A stretch of 64,000 bases of DNA from Spironucleus salmonicida (lineage: Eukaryota). The stretch lies in assembly GCF_000497125.1 (NCBI RefSeq), contig NC_090597.1:1251797-1315796 (forward strand), given 5' to 3'. This document shows positions 14,498-26,700 of this stretch, in pieces. Within the stretch, counting starts at the first letter, position 1. Every line of letters begins with the position of its first letter. Both the position numbers and the translations under genes were made by a program. Below the pieces are notes generated by a model. The model searched no databases. It was given only the letters and a program-made list of their open reading frames with translations, and was not told the origin of the DNA.

Positions 14498-14850
14498 TAA
14501 ATTTTATACTGTTTTAGTTTCTGATTAGATATCAACAATAATTTACAGTGTGACTTTTATTAAATTTCTAATTTAAATTAATATTTATAAATAAGTTCAA
14601 TATTTTCTAATTATTAATTCGTAAATTTCATACAGTCTTATAATATTTAAAAAATAAAACCAAAATGTCAAAAAGTCTTAATATGTTTAAAGGTTCTCTA
14701 AACTTTAGTATTTCATAGATGATAATTTAATACCATATTGTCATACAAGTATGCGTCAGCAAATATCATGATTGAAAAATATTTTGATCACAAAATTTGT
14801 AATATGTATTTTATATGAATTACATCATTACCACTCCACTCACCACTTAC

Positions 14851-15753
14851 ATGCCTCATAAGCCTTCCCAAAAATAGAGAAAACTCCCGAAACCAACAAA
14901 GTCTTTCCATAAGACTTCAAACTCTGTATAATCAAATCTTTTCGCTCTTAACTAGGCTTTAGATAATTCTAATATTGAACTAGCACTTTAGATTTCTTAA
15001 AAAATACTTTCATCTCCATCTGCGTCCTTATAAGAACTGGACGAGGCATTCTAGACATTTTCAGCTGCTGGTGACAGCTAGCGTGCCATTTAAACTCTGA
15101 ATATTGCAATATCTAAGGAACATTTATCTACGGATGCTGCCTATCGTTTTATAGCAAGATTTTCGATATCTGGTTCTGTAAAAGATCTTGAATAAGCAAT
15201 AAATATTATTCCACGTACTAAGGAACACTAAGGAACACTTATTTTTGCCTTAGGACGTTTACATGAATTTTAGCTATCAAATGATCTCGAAAAATCAGTA
15301 TTAACTCTCCAAAAACTAGCTGAGGCTGATTCCACATCAGCCATATTCAATATTTAAAAGGCATGTCACTTCCTTGTTTAGAATGATCTAGTATCACTTG
15401 AGGAACATTTACTTACATTTTTAGATAGTTTTTGGGAAATTCCGGCTACATAACTTCCTGATTAGCCATTTCTTCTTGGTCTATCTCGTTGCTTATCCAC
15501 AATTTCATAATTTGAAAATTCTGAAAAAGTTATAAATGCAGGATTAGAACTGAGTCCTGATGATCCAGTTCTTGTACACGAATTGGCATGGATTTGTAAT
15601 CTAGAGGGAGACTTCGAAGAAGCTATTTTGTTATTATAGAAAGTTGTTTATTTATATGGGGACCAAGGTGCAGTAGAGTAAGCTAAAGATGCTGAGATGA
15701 AAATTTAATGGATTTAAGAGTAAATTATTTAAGAAGGTTAGAAAGTGGAGTGA
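14851..15753 (+). CDS. TPR-repeat protein, possibly Acl4 (Rpl4 chaperone)-like, 300 aa
   Basis: Basic N-terminus, TPR-like helices, and LPDQPFLLGLSRCL...LELSPDDPVLVHELAWI. Confidence 0.6.
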
Positions 15754-16044
15754 AAAAGTGTTCATAGTCATTTTTACTAAATTAATATAAAGAAGAGCTA
15801 AATAGTATGCAACAGTAGATCATCATTGCTTCCTTGGCATAAAATCGATAAAAATAGAGCATAATATATAATTTTAACGATTACTACTCTAATTTAAGAA
15901 TATCTCTGATTTCCTAAAAAATAAATTTATAGTTTCTATGTAAAATAACATAACGCAAATTCGAAAGTATTAACTATGGTTATATATAATAACAAATATA
16001 GTTTAAATGAAACAATATATAAAAAAATAACGTCACTAATAGTA

Positions 16045-16191
16045 TCAGAAATCGTCTAAAAGGTGCTTGCCTTCTACTTGACCTTTTCTTCTACTATTCA
16101 TTAATTTCTTCTTTGGTTATACATTCATACCACTTTCAAAATACTCCAATGTAACAGCATCTTTAAATAGCGATGAAAATATTGATCCCAT
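16045..16191 (-). CDS. Met-Gly micro-protein, 48 aa (family member 1)
   Basis: MGSIFSSLFKDAVTLEYFESGMNVQPKKKLMNSRRKGQVEGKHLLDDF*. A clear paralogue lies at 20625-20774. Confidence 0.7.
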
Positions 16192-16557
16192 TTCTACACT
16201 GGTAAAACTAGGATAATGTATATAAATATATAAACTTATTATTTAAAATAAAGTGGGAATTGTTTACTATACTAGTAGTATATAGACTTATAAAGATACT
16301 CCCTACAGTGTTTGTTAGGTGTTTATGGAATGGTAAACTTATCTATTATCTTATATTAATTGATTCTTTATTTATCTAAATTTTATTAGTTTAATTATTA
16401 TTTTATAAATTAATTTTATAATAATTTTTATGAACGAATTAATAAACCTATCGCTATATAGGTTAATTTAGTATATGTGATAGAGTTTACCTAGAGAAAC
16501 TAAACCTATATAAAATTATCAAACTGTCTATTTATCATACCAACTACTCTCAGAAAA

Positions 16558-16696
16558 ATGAGCTAAGTATTCTAGTGTTCACGGATAGTTTTAATACCGA
16601 CCAGCGGTTTCATAGATATTCCAGGCTGTCGAACTAGTTTAGTGGAGAGATGGAAGTCAATGTAAACAACACATATATAGCTGGTGACAAAATCAG
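16558..16696 (+). pseudogene. Frameshifted 5' remnant of a paralogue of the 21185 membrane-protein gene
   Basis: LSILVFTDSFNTDQRFHRYSRLSNQFSGEMEVNV aligns with LSIIAFTDRFNTNQWFQGSCKLSNYFTGDTEVKV. The ATG at 16558 is out of frame with it, and homology stops at the duplication junction. Confidence 0.7.
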
Positions 16697-17548
16697 ATTG
16701 TGGAGCATTCGATTATGTGCAAGACGTACGGGGACATTGAATTCTAGTACTCGTCCATGCAGACCGACTCAGATATGCGGCCCTATGCAGGGGAACCGTT
16801 CCAGCAGCCGTCAACGATCATCATCACCAAGTGTGTAACGGGTGCGTACCTGCAGTGCGACCTCTCCAACATCAAAAAGATCCTGGTGAAGTGCAGCCTG
16901 CCGTCCAACCATCTCATTGTGAACATCCCGTCGCTACGGCACCTTGAGCTTGTGAACACGAAGCTGCAGATTATAGATGCCTTCCACGCGCAGAAGCTCG
17001 TGTCCCTGAAGATCAAGGACCCTCTGACTAACCTGAGGCTGGTATCGCTCCCGAAAGCCCTCGAGTCGCTCTACATCGACACCCGGGACGCTATGATCTA
17101 CCCCGACATAGAGAAGCGGCAGATCGACTACCTGTACCTTTCGAACGTCCAGTGCTACTACAATCCCCAGTCGCCCACCGTCGCCATCTACTTCGACCTC
17201 AAGAAGCTGAGGTTCGCTCCGGTTGCCGGGTCGGCTCTCGCGGACACCATCCCCGCGGTTCTGCCGCAGCAGCCATCTAACCTGCAGACCCTGTTTCGGC
17301 TCCACCAGCGCTTCCTCAAACTGGGCGTGCTGGAGGGAAACCTCCAAGACGAGGACTCGATAGACAGCAACTGCAACGACGATGCGACTAGGATCAACCA
17401 GCTGGAGGCACAGAAGTCGCTCGTTATGAAACGGCTGTCGTACCTGAGGGCACCGTCGAGCCAGGTGTTCCCGCAGATGATGGCGTCCACCTCGTCCATT
17501 TTCGTCAACAATATTATTGAGCCCAGCTCACTTGATAGTGATGAGTGA
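16697..17548 (+). repeat. 852-bp direct repeat, partner 38977-39828 (offset 22280)
   Basis: Identity runs from attgtggagcattc to gatgagtga. I found 8 substitutions by eye. Confidence 0.95.
16715..17548 (+). CDS. 5'-truncated copy of the GC-rich LRR-like gene (copy 1)
   Basis: Near-identical to 38995-39828. An in-frame TGA at 16685 closes the frame upstream, and the first in-frame ATG is at 16715. Confidence 0.65.
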
Positions 17549-18412
17549 TGGGGTTAGCACCCGCATTTTTTGTATACTGAAATTATTTCTGTATTTGGTA
17601 TTAAGAATTTAAAGTAATGACATTTACTTAATCATTATTTAACAATAATTATCAGGTATAAATGATTAATTTTATATATACTATAAAATAAATAGTAAAA
17701 TAATTATTTTTATAACATTTATAACAATGGTTGCATTTCATAAATATATGATTAACATGTTGTCTTTATAAGCTGCATTTGAAATACTTTGATAAGTATT
17801 TCATCAATATTACTTTATAATCTAACTTGAAATTTTTATTGTGTAAATTTAATTTATAGTTTGACGGGTTAACATATCAAAATAACCATAGTTTTTATTT
17901 TAAAAAATGAGTTTCAATTATATTTTAAGTATTTAATCTCATTCTTCTACGCACTACGCTAATAGTTCAATTTATTTATCATAAGCACACAGATTTAATA
18001 AGTAAAATTACTTTATTAGAAAAATTATTTTAGTTTAAAGTATATTAATATGGTTAAATGATTATTTCTATAGTATAATATTAGTATAACTAAATTCTTT
18101 AAAGATCACTTTTTCGAATTCTACGTATATTTAAAACTTAATAGCTTTATTATGTAATTATATTTATTTATATTGTTATACTAATACAATTAAAAATCAA
18201 TTATACAGTTCAGTTCATACATATTATCCAAAATCATGATCAATAAGTCAAGCTTCTTTAAATTATTATTGTTGATATCAAAAGATACTAATTGCAACTT
18301 TGTGATTAATAGCATTTATATAGTACGTTATAAATTTATCTATATAAATTTTATAGGTACGAATCCTAAAGTTTCTATATAACCATACATTTACTATATC
18401 CCTGTGATTTGC

Positions 18413-19258
18413 TCACTCTGCACCATATTCGATAGCAATATCCATGTGTAGCTCCATCTATCCTCTGATAATTTTTGCGTATCCTTTTTCGCCCCATTCT
18501 TCACCCCATGAGTTCTTTACTTTCCAGTACTTCACACCTTCTTCTTCACCATACCCAACAACTATCAGCGTTTGTCCGCCGTTACGGTCGCCATAAACAT
18601 GCTAGTAAATACCTTCCTTATAGTAATAAAAATCATCATAAATTACGATTCCAGACATAATTGGGCCTTTTTAGAGCGCGATTATCATGTCTTCTTCCCC
18701 TTCAATCTAATTAGCAGAAGACAGTTTTAAGCGTCTGGTAATTTTTTTATCATCGTCACATTTTTTACTACATATGTGTTTGACTCCACTAATACCAGAT
18801 ACGTACCCGCAACATGTCTCGGGGACAAGACCAGTCTCGAAAACGTAGTCAGTTACAATATCCATAAATCCCCGCAGGCAACCCTTATCCTCAGGATCAC
18901 AGTTAATGATATCTTATGCTGAATAAGGGATAATTGTTTTATCAATCTTTGCAATACATCGTATCATAGAGAAAAGATCTGCTGCTGCAAATGCTTGACC
19001 AGCATCACATTTCATCTGATCATAAATGCCATTTATGCAGGGTTTAGTAGACCAATCAATTTCTGGCAAAATAGTAATGTCATCATCGTAGTTAACGACT
19101 GGAAGAGATGAGCGGAACATATCTTAAGACGGCGCTTAAGATTTTTATAAATTAGAGAATTTAGGAGTTATTTAAGCTTTCCAAGTAGTATTCAGATAAT
19201 TTATATGATCTGATACTGCTTAATTAAGTAATGACGCTTATAGGATCAATGTAAACAT
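18413..19258 (-). CDS. Cathepsin B-like (papain C1A) protein lacking catalytic Cys and His, 281 aa
   Basis: Signal peptide, [10 protein letters not shown] propeptide, [61 protein letters not shown]. Confidence 0.9.
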
Positions 19259-19379
19259 TAAATATGGAAAGGTTGTGTAATTATATCCATAAATATTTAT
19301 TATATCGGACGTTTGAAAAATTGTGAGTGAAAAATTAAAAACTGAATAAAACGCTATTAAAGTGAATATAAATTATTAT

Positions 19380-19694
19380 TCAGTAGCCGAATAATGAAGT
19401 CTTAATTCCGTCGCTTTTTTGTCCGGGAAGCAAATCATGTTTCTGCTAATTTTAAGTCACCATGTCAAAAATTCCATTTATGTTGTCATATCTCATGTTT
19501 TTAGCTATTGTTGTTAAGAACTTTTTGTTAACTTTCTAGTCTTTGCTAGGAACAAATGAGATTTGTGATTTTGGATGTACTTATTTCATGTTCGGTGATG
19601 GTATGTAAGCGAAATCAATTTTGGATATATTTTTTCTGTTATCTTTTGGAATAATCAGAACACTGTCACTAGCTTGAAAGTTATTATTTAGCAT
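19380..19694 (-). CDS. Hypothetical protein, 104 aa
   Basis: Open code-6 frame MLNNNFQASDSV...KTSLFGY* with no recognisable motif. Confidence 0.4.
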
Positions 19695-20624
19695 TTTTGC
19701 AACTTTTCACTCTAATAGCAAATAATATTAGGAGTTAATGCTTAGAAGTTTTTGGAATACTTTTCCAGAAACTTTTAAATTCCAAAATGAAGACTATAAC
19801 GGATACTATATATATTATATGAATATAATTCGATTAAAGATTACAGTTGATAATGAAAATTAAATAGTAATAAATATTTTAGTTGATTAGAAAGATTCAA
19901 AAAACAGGCAGAAATCGACTTTAAGGTCATTATTTATTGAAGTATTGAAATAAAACTATTAGATTTATAGTAACTAATATTTAAGACCTCATATACTCCA
20001 GTTTTGTATTTGGTGAGTGATTCTAAGCTTTATAGGACTATAAGTTTAAGGTAGCTTATAAACTGAATTATATCAGCGTGTTAAAGATTATAAGCATGTT
20101 AATAATATTTAAGGTGTTATTTTTTAAAACTCAAATCGAAGCACAAAGATAAATATAAAATATAGTGTGAGCAATAAATATTTTAGTCAAAATTATGTAA
20201 AACATATTAAATGATGGTTTCTATACTATCAATTTCAAATTGGGCGGAATCTTAATTTTGAACTAAAGTTAGATTGGTTAATCTAACTATGAAGTATTTT
20301 AGTTTATTTTGGTATAGTTAAACTTATATAACTTTTATATACTAAATTTTGTTGCTATTCTCTCACTTATTAACAAAAAGGACAACATATAAAATGTTAC
20401 TTTTGTTAGATATTTGAAACTGCTTCATTCTATAAAATAATACAAGAATTTTATTATATTTATTAAATATATTATGACATACCTAACATTATAATATTAA
20501 TCGGAAGTTCTTCTATTTATGTTACTAAATTTTTAAACGAAAAATTGAAAAATTGAATCATTCGTTAATTTTCATTATATATTTTAAATATATGAATTAT
20601 ATTCTAAATATAATTTCACTGACT

Positions 20625-20774
20625 TCATCCTAAATCAGCCAAGAGATGTTATGATTCAACACGGTTTTACCTCTTTTAGTTACTAATCTTCTTTTTAGAT
20701 TGCACATTCATACCGCTTTCAAAGTATTCTAAAGTTACAGCTTCTGTAAATAGAGAAGAAAATAAACCGCCCAT
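20625..20774 (-). CDS. Met-Gly micro-protein, 49 aa (family member 2)
   Basis: MGGLFSSLFTEAVTLEYFESGMNVQSKKKISNQKRQNRVESQHLLADLG*. Confidence 0.7.
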
Positions 20775-21123
20775 AATAATAATTTACAAGACAGTGTGAT
20801 GTTTAAAGGTATATCTTAAAAGAATAATTTAGGTTTGGTAGAATTGTGTTTTTAAATGTGAATTTAATTATTAATGTTTATAATATTAAATAATATAATT
20901 AAAAATAAAAGTTAGGTTATCATAAACACATAACACATTAATATCTACAATATAATAATAGAATATGAGACTATAAAGAGAATTAGAATACTGTTTTATA
21001 TTATTTTTATTGTATTATAATAGTATACCAGTATAAAATACTTAAGTAAAAATTAGAATAAATGATAATCTTATATAACTTAATAGTAATTTTTAGAAAC
21101 AAAATTAAAGTATAATAATAGTA

Positions 21124-21168
21124 TAATTAATTAATTAATTAATTAATTAATTAATTAATTAATTAATT
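21124..21168. repeat. (TAAT)~11 self-complementary microsatellite
   Basis: Read directly. It ends about 16 bp before the ATG at 21185. Confidence 0.9.
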
Positions 21169-21184
21169 ATTATACGTTTTGAAA

Positions 21185-22216
21185 ATGCTTTTATCTATAA
21201 TTGCGTTTACCGATCGTTTTAATACCAACCAGTGGTTCCAGGGCTCTTGCAAGCTGTCGAATTACTTTACTGGAGATACTGAAGTCAAGGTAGATAGCAC
21301 AAAGATAACTGACGAGCAAATTGGCCAGTATATCGGTAAGGACCTCATCACCTTCCGCTTCATGCTGTCCCGCGCGCCCGTCTCTATCCGCTATAGAAAT
21401 AACGATACTAACCCCGTGATTCTGTCTGTTAACTCTCCCAAGATTGGCACTAGCAGTAATGTACCCCCACTTGTCATCGGCGGCATCACCCAGACCATCT
21501 GGGGCGGCGCTGCCACTCCTTATATGACCGCCAAGCCTGCTACTGGAGACGCTACGCCTGTATCCAATGCCACCTCCACTACAATTTCTTGGGACTTCTC
21601 GAAACAACCCCTAGCCGCCCAGAAAATCGTAGGTTTTAATGCGGACTCTCAACAATTCTTAAGATCCATAGCGTTTACCTTGAACTCATATGCTGCTGAT
21701 GCTCCAGAACGTATATGGTCCAAATCTCCCATTACGCCCCCACAAGTTGCCAAATACTGGCCATGGTTCGGAGATAAGCAGCTTGGAGCTAAGGCTGGAG
21801 AGCTGGTCGTGTTGGCACTCGCACTTACAGCACCTAGTGTATATTAGAGTACTAGTGGTGGTACTATGGATATGGCAGGATTCGCAACATATTTATCAAC
21901 AACTTACAAAGTCAATATATAAAATATTGCTTTGACCGAATCGGCAAAAGACATGACTATTAAGTAGACAAAACCCGCATTTGCATGCACATTTAATGTC
22001 TTCATCACGTATGATATTTATTGGAACGTATGGGCTGTTGCTGTTTCGAGCACTCTTATGATTGTAGCAACTGCTATTATCATCCCCACTAAATGCATTG
22101 ATGTTAAAGGAAGAATGTAAAGGAAGAAAGCCAGTATAGCAGTTGATAGGGTTTCGGAAGTTACCACAGCTGATATGATAAATACCTAAGAGACAGAGAT
22201 TGTGGCTCAATAATGA
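21185..22216 (+). CDS. Type I membrane/surface protein, 343 aa
   Basis: Track ORF extends through TAG. N-terminus MLLSIIAF, TM WNVWAVAVSSTLMIVATAIII, short cytoplasmic tail. Confidence 0.8.
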
Positions 22217-22751
22217 GAATTCGAATTCTTTTATAACATAATCCATAATAAGAAAAAAACTGGCCTTAAAAGGTAAGACGTATAACTTTTAAATATAAAT
22301 ATACTTTAATAAGTTCAGCAATGCTGTATTTAAAAATAAATACAACTGAACAGAGCCTACGCTATTATGCCTATCATATAACTATTTTTGCACATAGCTG
22401 AATAATAAAAGCCCAGACAAGTACCAACTATAATTTTTACTGCATAGTCTCTGAGATTTTACATGCAGCAATAGAAGCCCAAAATCCGACTAATTCTTGA
22501 AAATTGCTACAAAATTATGTGCTCTAAACTAAGTTTTACCGCCTTAAAAAGGAAACGTTACCTATAACCCCACAGACACCATACTTTAACAAGCCAACCT
22601 TCATTAAAACAGTACAATGCACCCACCACGCCACCACTACCACCAATCCTGTTAACTCTAGAGCAACATCCCCATCCCCACTCCACATTTTAACATATAC
22701 ATTGTTATTATATAATAATATACATTTTCCACTCCACATTCACTTCAAAAA

Positions 22752-23210
22752 ATGTAGAAACTGATTCAGAATCTGCGCCTGCTCGAAATCTACGCCCGAA
22801 AACGGCAGGCGCTGCAAAATGTGCCAGAAACGCAACACCTGTCCGCGCTCATCAAAAACCAGCTGCTTTCAGAGGGAATTCCGCTCGAAAGTCTGGGCGA
22901 GAGCCTCGCGAAGCTCGACTTGCACGCGCAGCTCCGTTATGCCGTCCTGGAGCTCACTGCCGAAAATCCGCAACAGCAGCTCCTCGCTGCCCAGAAGCTC
23001 GCGAAGTTGCAGGTTTACATCCACAAAAAGGACGTTAAAACGAGCGTCCTGCACGTCCTCGTCGATGAGGTGCTGATCGCAATTTACGGCCTGAAAAAAG
23101 ATGCGGAGTGGCGCGGATTTCGCGTTTTGGAGGAGGTGCGCAGCGGGGCGCGAGGGGGGAACTACGCGGCGTACGAGCGCTTGCTGCAGATCGTGAAGCA
23201 GGAGTTGTGA
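22752..23210 (+). CDS. Hypothetical helical protein, GC-rich codons, 152 aa
   Basis: Starts aaaaATG TAG (M-Q), in frame with track ORF 22821-23210. Confidence 0.7.
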
Positions 23211-23299
23211 TGAGAGTATTTGTATTTAATCTAATTCCGTTTTAAGTTATTATCAATATTATATACATAGTGTTCTGCAAAAAGTTAATGATTATTCAA

Positions 23300-24124
23300 A
23301 TGGAGAGCACAGCGTTACCAGTTTAGGTAGTTAAGATCGCTGGAATCAAGGAGGTAGTGCACTCTATTATCATCAATAACGAGATGCATATAGACAAATT
23401 GAAATTTGTTGAAATAAGCTCGTTTTAGTTAAAATTTTCCAAAATTAATGAACTAGTTTTGCCCCCATTGGTGAATGAGATTATTTTAATAAAAAGCCAG
23501 ATTAAAAATTAAAATTTGCAGTAGTTATACAATGTTACATCATTATTTATTTAAGATTTCTAGTTCTAAAATAATTATTTTATCTTACCTCAGTGGATAA
23601 TAACCTGTATAATATAACATTCTAATTTAAAGGAAGTAATGATCGACTAGGAATCTAGTATATAAAATCTGTCGTTAGCATATAATAATAATCTTCTAAT
23701 TGATTATTTACCTTCAACCATACAAGAATTAGATTTATCATATTGTGGAATTAAAACCTTCAATATTGAGAGTCTTAAAGCATTAGTAAAATTATAAATC
23801 GTTGATAACACTATGCCATATTTTTATATCGACTCATGTTAAAATAAATATTTAACAGAAATTAATTTTGGGACAAATGTATTTTTACTACTCTATAATT
23901 AATAAGATTTACATATAGCTAATAAAACGTCCAAATCACTTTGTTTCAATTAATAGAAGATATCACTCTCTAAATATATACATTCTACTTAGTTATATGA
24001 ACATTTACTTGAAGTATTCCTTCACCACAAGTAATTTAATTTTTATAAGAGGTACCTAGATGTTTAAGAGGAAATACAATTAATAATTGATAGTTTAAGT
24101 CAGGTTAACGATGAAGTATGCTGA
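23300..24124 (+). CDS. Leucine-rich-repeat-like protein, ~274 aa
   Basis: IQNLSLAYNNNL, LPSTIQELDLSYCGI, LKALVKLQIVDN. Confidence 0.65.
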
Positions 24125-24195
24125 TTAATTATCGTTTTGAGATTATTAATTATTATGTATTATACATATTAAAAAATTGCTATATAATTCTGAAT

Positions 24196-24822
24196 ATGTC
24201 TCGTGGACTTTTTATAGTTATCGAGGGATTAGATCGTTGCGGTAAAACAACTTAATTAGACATACTTAAGAATTATTTATAACCATCAAAATCTATATCA
24301 TTTCCTAATGAGTCTCTATAGTCTGGTATGGATTTAAGAAAATATCTTTTACAGTAAATTGAGCTTACAGATATGGATGCTCATAATTTATTTGCCAGAA
24401 ATAGAAGAGAATCAGCTGATTTTATTATATAAACAATCGAAAAGAATATAAATGTTATCTCATCAAGATATGCTTTTTCAGGAGTAGCATATACAACATA
24501 GAAAGGATTTTCAATGCAAGATGCAATATAGGCAGATAAAGGAATACTGATACCAGATTTAACTATTATTTTAACATGTGATGTTTAAAATATTTAGTAG
24601 AGATTCGATAATAAGGATCGATATGAAAATATAGAGGTTTAGGAAAAAGTTAAGTAAAAATTTAAAGAAGTCTTAATGTTAAAAAATATCGGTAATATAT
24701 GCAATATTGATATTACAGGAATGAGTATTCAGTAGGTCAAAGAGTAAATTTTGCACAAGGTTGATTAAATATAACATGAAAATAATTCAATATAAATGGG
24801 ACTTTTTGAAGGAAATTATTGA
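24196..24822 (+). CDS. TMK: Thymidylate (dTMP) kinase, 208 aa
   Basis: RGLFIVIEGLDRCGKTTQ, HNLFARNRRE, SRYAFSGVAY, PDLTIIL, DRYE. Confidence 0.92.
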
Positions 24823-24840
24823 TTTTTTTAATATATATTA

Positions 24841-26361
24841 TCAGATTAATTCAGATAATAAAGCAATAGATAATGTAAATTAATTTTCTAAAGCTATTAC
24901 TATAATTTCATTTACACCTTCTAATACAAAATCTTCAGGACAATATAATTTATCTCCATCAGAAAATCCAATCATAACACCATTTATAAGGAAATATCCC
25001 TTGACTCCAAATAAATTTACATAAAAGCCTTTCTTTTACAACGAAATTTTACTAGAATAAACCCCATCACCTGACCAAAAATCTGCTTTGGATTCTTTCA
25101 AAGTATAGTTAAACATATCTAGAGTCTCTAACGTGATATGATGGACTTCTTAAGAATTGAATTCAATCTTTCCAGTCATACCAGAATTAGGTTGGTTATC
25201 GTATCCGGCAGGAAATGTGACAATCTAGATTATACCGTCTTCTGAAGATATCGTAATTTCGATTTCTTTATTAAACGATGCTAAATATGTATCGTTCACA
25301 TACAGTTAAGCATTTTTATTTACTTAAGAAACCTTTAATGTAGCTAATACATTTTTTTCAATTCTGAAAGTATACTTGTTAATATTCTACTTAAGATCTA
25401 CACTTTCAGATGATATTGCATTGTAGAAAGTGCCCTTCTTAATAAATTCTTAATATCGTAATGCCCCAAAGTTGACCAGATAACTAGAAAAATTTTGGAG
25501 ATCAAATTCCCCGCTTTCCTCGCTATTTAACCCACCTAAAATCTCTTAAAGATTAAAATAATCTTCAGAAAGCTTGTTGTTCGCAAAAATCAACTAGCTA
25601 AAATCGTTAATCTAGGGACTCTATATCTGCTTATCTAGCTTGAAATTAACACCGGTGTACACACCGTACAGCACAAACGACGAATTCGACTTAATTAGGT
25701 CCTAAATTACGTTAAAATACGCAGTTTTGGATGATTTTCGCACAACTGTCCCCTGACTCCCAGTCAGAATATCCCCCACAAAGCACGACTCCCCGCAAAG
25801 GCTAGCGTCTGATACGATGTAGCTGACCCCCATCAGTCCCTCCACCTCGGTATCTTCCTACACGATAAACGGTCCGTAGACACCGTTTCTGACGTACAGC
25901 ATGCGCAAATACTCGTAAAAACCGGCTTGGCCGGGCTGCGCGAAGTAGTTTTTGTCGAGTTGGACGGCTGCAATATCATCGCGATTCTCTACTAGAAACG
26001 CACTGATATGCGCAATGAAATCCTGCGCGTTTTACGCGAATTCTGGGTTATCAAACCGGCGCTAAATGGCGCGGCCCTCGAACAGAGCGCCAGAGACGCC
26101 GCCGAGTGGCAAGAACGTCGATACGAAGGGTCCGGGACGGTAAACAATTTTAAGGGCTAGTTAACGGCACCATTGCACAGTCAGCGCGTGCGCCGTGACA
26201 TCGAAGTCCTGCTGTTACGCCTCAACGAAGATGGTGTTAAGTCCGAGGTTTTTGAACTACTACAGGAGGCGTGGAATGTGGGAGCCTGGGGCCTTTGCAG
26301 GGTTGAAAACTGCTGCTTTGACGGGCTGCGCTAAGAAGTCGAACTGGAGGAGAAAAAACAT
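24841..26361 (-). CDS. Glycoside hydrolase family 35 (beta-galactosidase)-like protein with degenerate catalytic motifs, ~506 aa
   Basis: FKNLGLNTI, IVYRPGPFV...GG, RFDNPEF, IAAVQLDKNY, LYGVYTGVNF, and a C-terminal GVKGYFLING..LYCP..VLEGVNEIIV occur in GH35 order. Confidence 0.75.
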
Positions 26362-26448
26362 ATTATGGAAGGCGATTGTATAATCTTCAAAATAATATAT
26401 TTATGAGTATATAATAATCACCTAAACAGTATAGTTACTTTTGCAGTT

Positions 26449-26700
26449 TCAGCAGTCTTCTTCCACTAGAATGTCGTTGCAAATGTTGTGGTCGTTGATA
26501 ATAAATCGTAATTTTTCGGTATTTAAGGCTGTGTTCTCGTCGCTAATGCAACTAGATGCTGAGGAAGCTGGAGTTTAAATATCGATTTTATGGCGTTAGC
26601 GTCTTGGCTTAATTTCATCTATCAGTAGTGGTTACTTACCAGAGACAGCGCTGAGGTCGGCAGACATCTAATTGATGTACTCTAAACTGGACATACCCAT
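26449..26700 (-). CDS. Small Met-Gly protein, 83 aa
   Basis: MGMSSLEYINQMS...NDILVEEDC*. Higher GC than its flanks. Confidence 0.5.

Noticed and set aside
14665-14775. Upstream ATG as the start of the TPR gene
   Set aside because: An in-frame TGA follows after 36 codons, so 14851 was used.
16783-17511. Antisense track ORFs over the GC-rich repeat (also 39063-39899)
   Set aside because: These are shadow frames caused by high GC3, with no protein-like motifs.
16697-17560. Copy 1 as a retrocopy or transposon
   Set aside because: The 5' truncation and the end at the stop codon are suggestive. However, I see no poly(A) tail, target-site duplication, terminal repeats or RT/transposase motifs.
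17549-17600. cccgcattt match suggesting the interrupted membrane gene resumes after the insertion
   Set aside because: Only 9 bp match 21974-21982 and the similarity does not extend.
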